From Dehalococcoidia bacterium (GTDB taxonomy: Bacteria; Chloroflexota; Dehalococcoidia; Bin125), in NCBI GenBank assembly GCA_963663235.2, contig CAXXNO010000009.1, forward strand, positions 64,001 to 128,000: 64,000 nt of DNA. The letters run 5' to 3'. The notes below the pieces were generated by a model. The model made no database searches. It worked only from the letters and a program-made list of their open reading frames with translations, and was not told the origin of the DNA. The first letter of the stretch is position 1, and every line of letters starts with the position of its first letter. Both the position numbers and the translations under genes were made by a program. Below are positions 61,157 through 64,000 of the stretch, piece by piece.

Positions 61157-62094
61157 TCAATGCATGATCGACGAGGGGCTGCCGCCGGCGACGACTGCGT
61201 TGATCGGGGCGGGCAGCACGTGCATCGATTGCCACGGGCCCCCGGCGCTCTGGGCTCGGAACAGCGCGCCGGCGTCGGTGCCGATCCAGGCGCCGTTCTC
61301 GGCGAAGAACGGAACCGGCGCGCGCGCATGGCGTCCCGGAAGGACCGAGTCGGTTAGCTCGATCCAGGTCTGGCCGGCGTCCAGCGAGTGGTAGAGGCGA
61401 CCGTTCATGCCGGGCGGGCGGTCGCCGGCCGCGACCAGCACCTCGCCCGCGCGGTCCGGATTGATCCCGAGGCCCACGGTATAGCCGTTGTCCATCCCCG
61501 CCATGCGACGCTCCCAGCTTCCGCCCGCGTCCTCACTTGCGTAGAAGCCCGACCCGGTGACGGCCAGCAAGCGCCCCGGCTGAGACGGGTCGGGCCGGAC
61601 GGAGTGGACATCGACGTAGAGGCCGGCGTTGCGTTCGACCCAGGTCTCGCCCCGGTCCGGCGAGAGGATGACGCCGCCCACCTCCACGCCCGCGAGCAGG
61701 GCGGCAGGGTCCTCGGGAAGGAAATCGATGGAGAGCACGTGCGGCTCGTGGGGCGGCGGCGGGAAGGTCCATTCGGCGCGGGTGGGCAGCGCGTCGATGG
61801 GGTCAAGGCGGCGCCAGGTGTCGCCGCCGTCGTCGCTGCGATAGCTCATCGCCGGCTCGACGCCGGCGATGAGCGCGCCGTCCGGTCCAATCGCGCAGGA
61901 GCGGGCATCGCCCTCCCACAAGAGCCGCTCGCCCTCCGGGGTGACCGGTAGATCCCCGTCCGCGCGACCGCCGCCAGTACCCGATCGCCGCGGCTCGCCA
62001 CGTGGTTGATCCTCACGCCGGCTAGCGCCAGGCGCCGGCAGCCGTCCGCCTGGACGGTCCAGACCCCGTCATCGGTGCCGACGATAAGCGCTAT
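61157..62094 (-). CDS. BNR/WD40-like beta-propeller protein (frameshift at about 61945; start uncertain)
   Basis: SxDxGxTW repeats (RSDDGGDTW, SPDRGETW, SEDAGGSW, SLDAGQTW); the N-terminal IVGTDDGVW.. is in the adjacent frame. Confidence 0.75.
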
Positions 62095-62256
62095 GCGCCA
62101 CTCCCTCCACAGGTCGCGTGTGCGAACCCGTCAGCCTTCGCCGATCGACTATCTCTGATCGGAGCGGGCGCGTCGAGACGGCCGGTGCGGCGTCCCGCCG
62201 AAGCCGGGAGCCGTCCGCATCTCCGAGCGTCTCCCGGCTTCGGCTATGATGCCGGC

Positions 62257-63162
62257 ATGTCGCCCGCGGAGACGGTGTCCACGGACGGGCCGGTGCTGCC
62301 TTCGGATCTCGTGGGGCAGTACACCATTGCGCAGAGCTACGAGCTGACGCCGCGCAAGTGCATGGCGTTCGCGGCCGGCGTGCACGATTACAAGGCGTGC
62401 TACTTCGACGACACGCGCCCCGAGGAGCTGGTGGGGCACCCGGGACTGGCGTTCGCGTTCCAGTGGAACAGCCACTACACGGCGGGGCGCCCCTACGACG
62501 TGCGCGCGCCGATGTGGCGGCACCTGCTGCACGCGGGGTCGGACGTGCGCTACGCGCGGCCGTTCCGCATCGGCGACCAGATCACCTGCCAGGGGCGGAC
62601 GGTCAGGCTGCGCCCGATCAAGCCGGGCCTGCTGTGGGAGCAGCGCTACACGATGGTCGACGCGAGCGGGGCGACGGTGGTGGAGCTGGACCACAGCGCC
62701 ATTGTGCGGAACGCGCGGCTGGAGGGGCCGCCGCGGGAGATCGACGAGTCGCCGCCGCTGCCGCAGCCGGCCGGGCCTGTGGACGAGCCACTGTGGACGG
62801 CGTCGGTCCCGATTGCACCGGAAGCGCCGCACGTCTACAGCGAGTGCGCGGACATCTGGAACCCGATCCACACGGAGCGCGCCGCGGCGCTGGCGGCGGG
62901 GCTGCCGGACATCGTGCTGCACGGCACGGCGACGTTGACCATCGCCGCCCGCGAGTTGATCGACCGTGAGGTTGACGGCGACCCCAGGCGGCTGAGTCGC
63001 ATCGCCGGTCAATACCGGGCGATGGTCTTCCCCGGGCATCCTCTGACGGTCCGGCTCCTGGAGCGCCGGAGGCTGGACGACGGCTCCACCGCGATCTTCT
63101 TCGACGCGCTGAACCACGAAGGGCAAGCGGCCGTGAAGAGCGGCGTGCTGGTAAGCCGCTGA
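62257..63162 (+). CDS. MaoC-like double-hotdog dehydratase
   Basis: LLHAGSD, DIWNPIH..AALAAGLPDIVLHG, MVFPG. Confidence 0.88.
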   Translation: MSPAETVSTDGPVLPSDLVGQYTIAQSYELTPRKCMAFAAGVHDYKACYFDDTRPEELVGHPGLAFAFQWNSHYTAGRPYDVRAPMWRHLLHAGSDVRYARPFRIGDQITCQGRTVRLRPIKPGLLWEQRYTMVDASGATVVELDHSAIVRNARLEGPPREIDESPPLPQPAGPVDEPLWTASVPIAPEAPHVYSECADIWNPIHTERAAALAAGLPDIVLHGTATLTIAARELIDREVDGDPRRLSRIAGQYRAMVFPGHPLTVRLLERRRLDDGSTAIFFDALNHEGQAAVKSGVLVSR

Positions 63163-63209
63163 GGCCGGTTCCGGCGCCCTCCTCCACAACGGCGCGATCA
63201 CGGACGGCG

Positions 63210-64000
63210 CTGGACCCGATCACCCTGGAAGTCGTGCGCGCAGGGCTGACGGCCGTCTGCAACGAGATGGCGCTGGTGGTCGCCAAGACGGCCTACTCGA
63301 CGCCGGTCAACGAGGGCATGGACTTCGCCGGCACCGTCTACGACGCGGGCGGCGAGCTGGTGGCGCAGGGGGAGTTCGACCTGCCGGCATTCGTCGGGCT
63401 CACGCACCTCACGGTGCCGGAGATCATCCGCGCCGTCGGGCGGGAGAACATGGCGCCGGGCGACGTCTACCTGATCAACGACCCCTACACGGCCAACACG
63501 CACTGCAACGACATCCACTTCATCAAGCCGATCTTCCACGACGGGCGGCTGGTGGCGTTTACCTCGTCGACGGCGCACTGGGCGGACGTGGGCGGGGCGG
63601 CGGCGGGATCGATGAACTGCCGGGCCCGCACGCATTTCGAGGAGGGGATGCGGATCCCCGCCGTCGCGCTGTACAAGCGGGGGGTCATCAACCAAGACAT
63701 CCTCTCGCTGCTGCTCATCAACATGCGCCAGTCGTGGGAGCGGCTGGGCGACCTCAACGCTCAGGTCGCCGCCGTACGGGCCGGGGACGCCCGCATGCAG
63801 CTCCTCATCGAGAAGCACGGCCTGGAGACCGTGCTCGCGGGGATGGACGAGGTGAAGGACTACACGGAGCGCTTGGCCCGCGCCGCCTGGGCGCGTCTGC
63901 CAGACGGCGGATATGAGGTGGAGGATCGGGTCGATCAGGACGTGCTCAGCGGCGAGCCGAAGACGGTGCGGCTCACGCTGACGATCGCCGGCGACCAGGC
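63210..64000 (+). CDS. Hydantoinase B/oxoprolinase family protein (paralog of 19828..21642); partial, start uncertain
   Basis: LDPITLEVV..NEMALVVAKTAYSTPVNEG, NDPY..THCND, HWADVGG, FEEGMRIP; runs off the window. Confidence 0.9.
   Translation, partial: MDPITLEVVRAGLTAVCNEMALVVAKTAYSTPVNEGMDFAGTVYDAGGELVAQGEFDLPAFVGLTHLTVPEIIRAVGRENMAPGDVYLINDPYTANTHCNDIHFIKPIFHDGRLVAFTSSTAHWADVGGAAAGSMNCRARTHFEEGMRIPAVALYKRGVINQDILSLLLINMRQSWERLGDLNAQVAAVRAGDARMQLLIEKHGLETVLAGMDEVKDYTERLARAAWARLPDGGYEVEDRVDQDVLSGEPKTVRLTLTIAGDQ

Overview
High-GC bacterial chromosomal segment. Its gene content (six luciferase-like LLM oxidoreductases, SnoaL pairs, amidohydrolase/amidase, two hydantoinase B genes, DUF3500) suggests a Chloroflexota/Dehalococcoidia-like organism; this is an inference. 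It carries a PyrR-regulated pyrimidine operon (pyrR-pyrB-pyrC-carA-carB-pyrK, with pyrD about 8.6 kb further on), pncA-pncB, an arsS-type radical SAM plus AhpD-like pair, rnd, a cysteine-free rpmJ, an orphan cheW, SufR-like/Mrp genes, a solitary DNA methyltransferase, tRNA-Pro(TGG) and a PAS kinase/NarL pair with in-frame stops. The most unusual signal is a dispersed REP-like element with a perfect 14-bp hairpin. It sits at three consecutive pyr-operon junctions, and at two of them (pyrC, carA) it lies between two copies of the downstream gene's 5' end. A chimeric version of the carA cassette also occurs as a tandem array 9 kb away, upstream of rpmJ. This looks like a small cassette system that inserts at gene starts and restores them. 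A UxxC peroxiredoxin-like selenoprotein with a SECIS-like hairpin is truncated in the ORF track. Six single-base frameshifts, five in short G/C runs, are probably sequencing errors.
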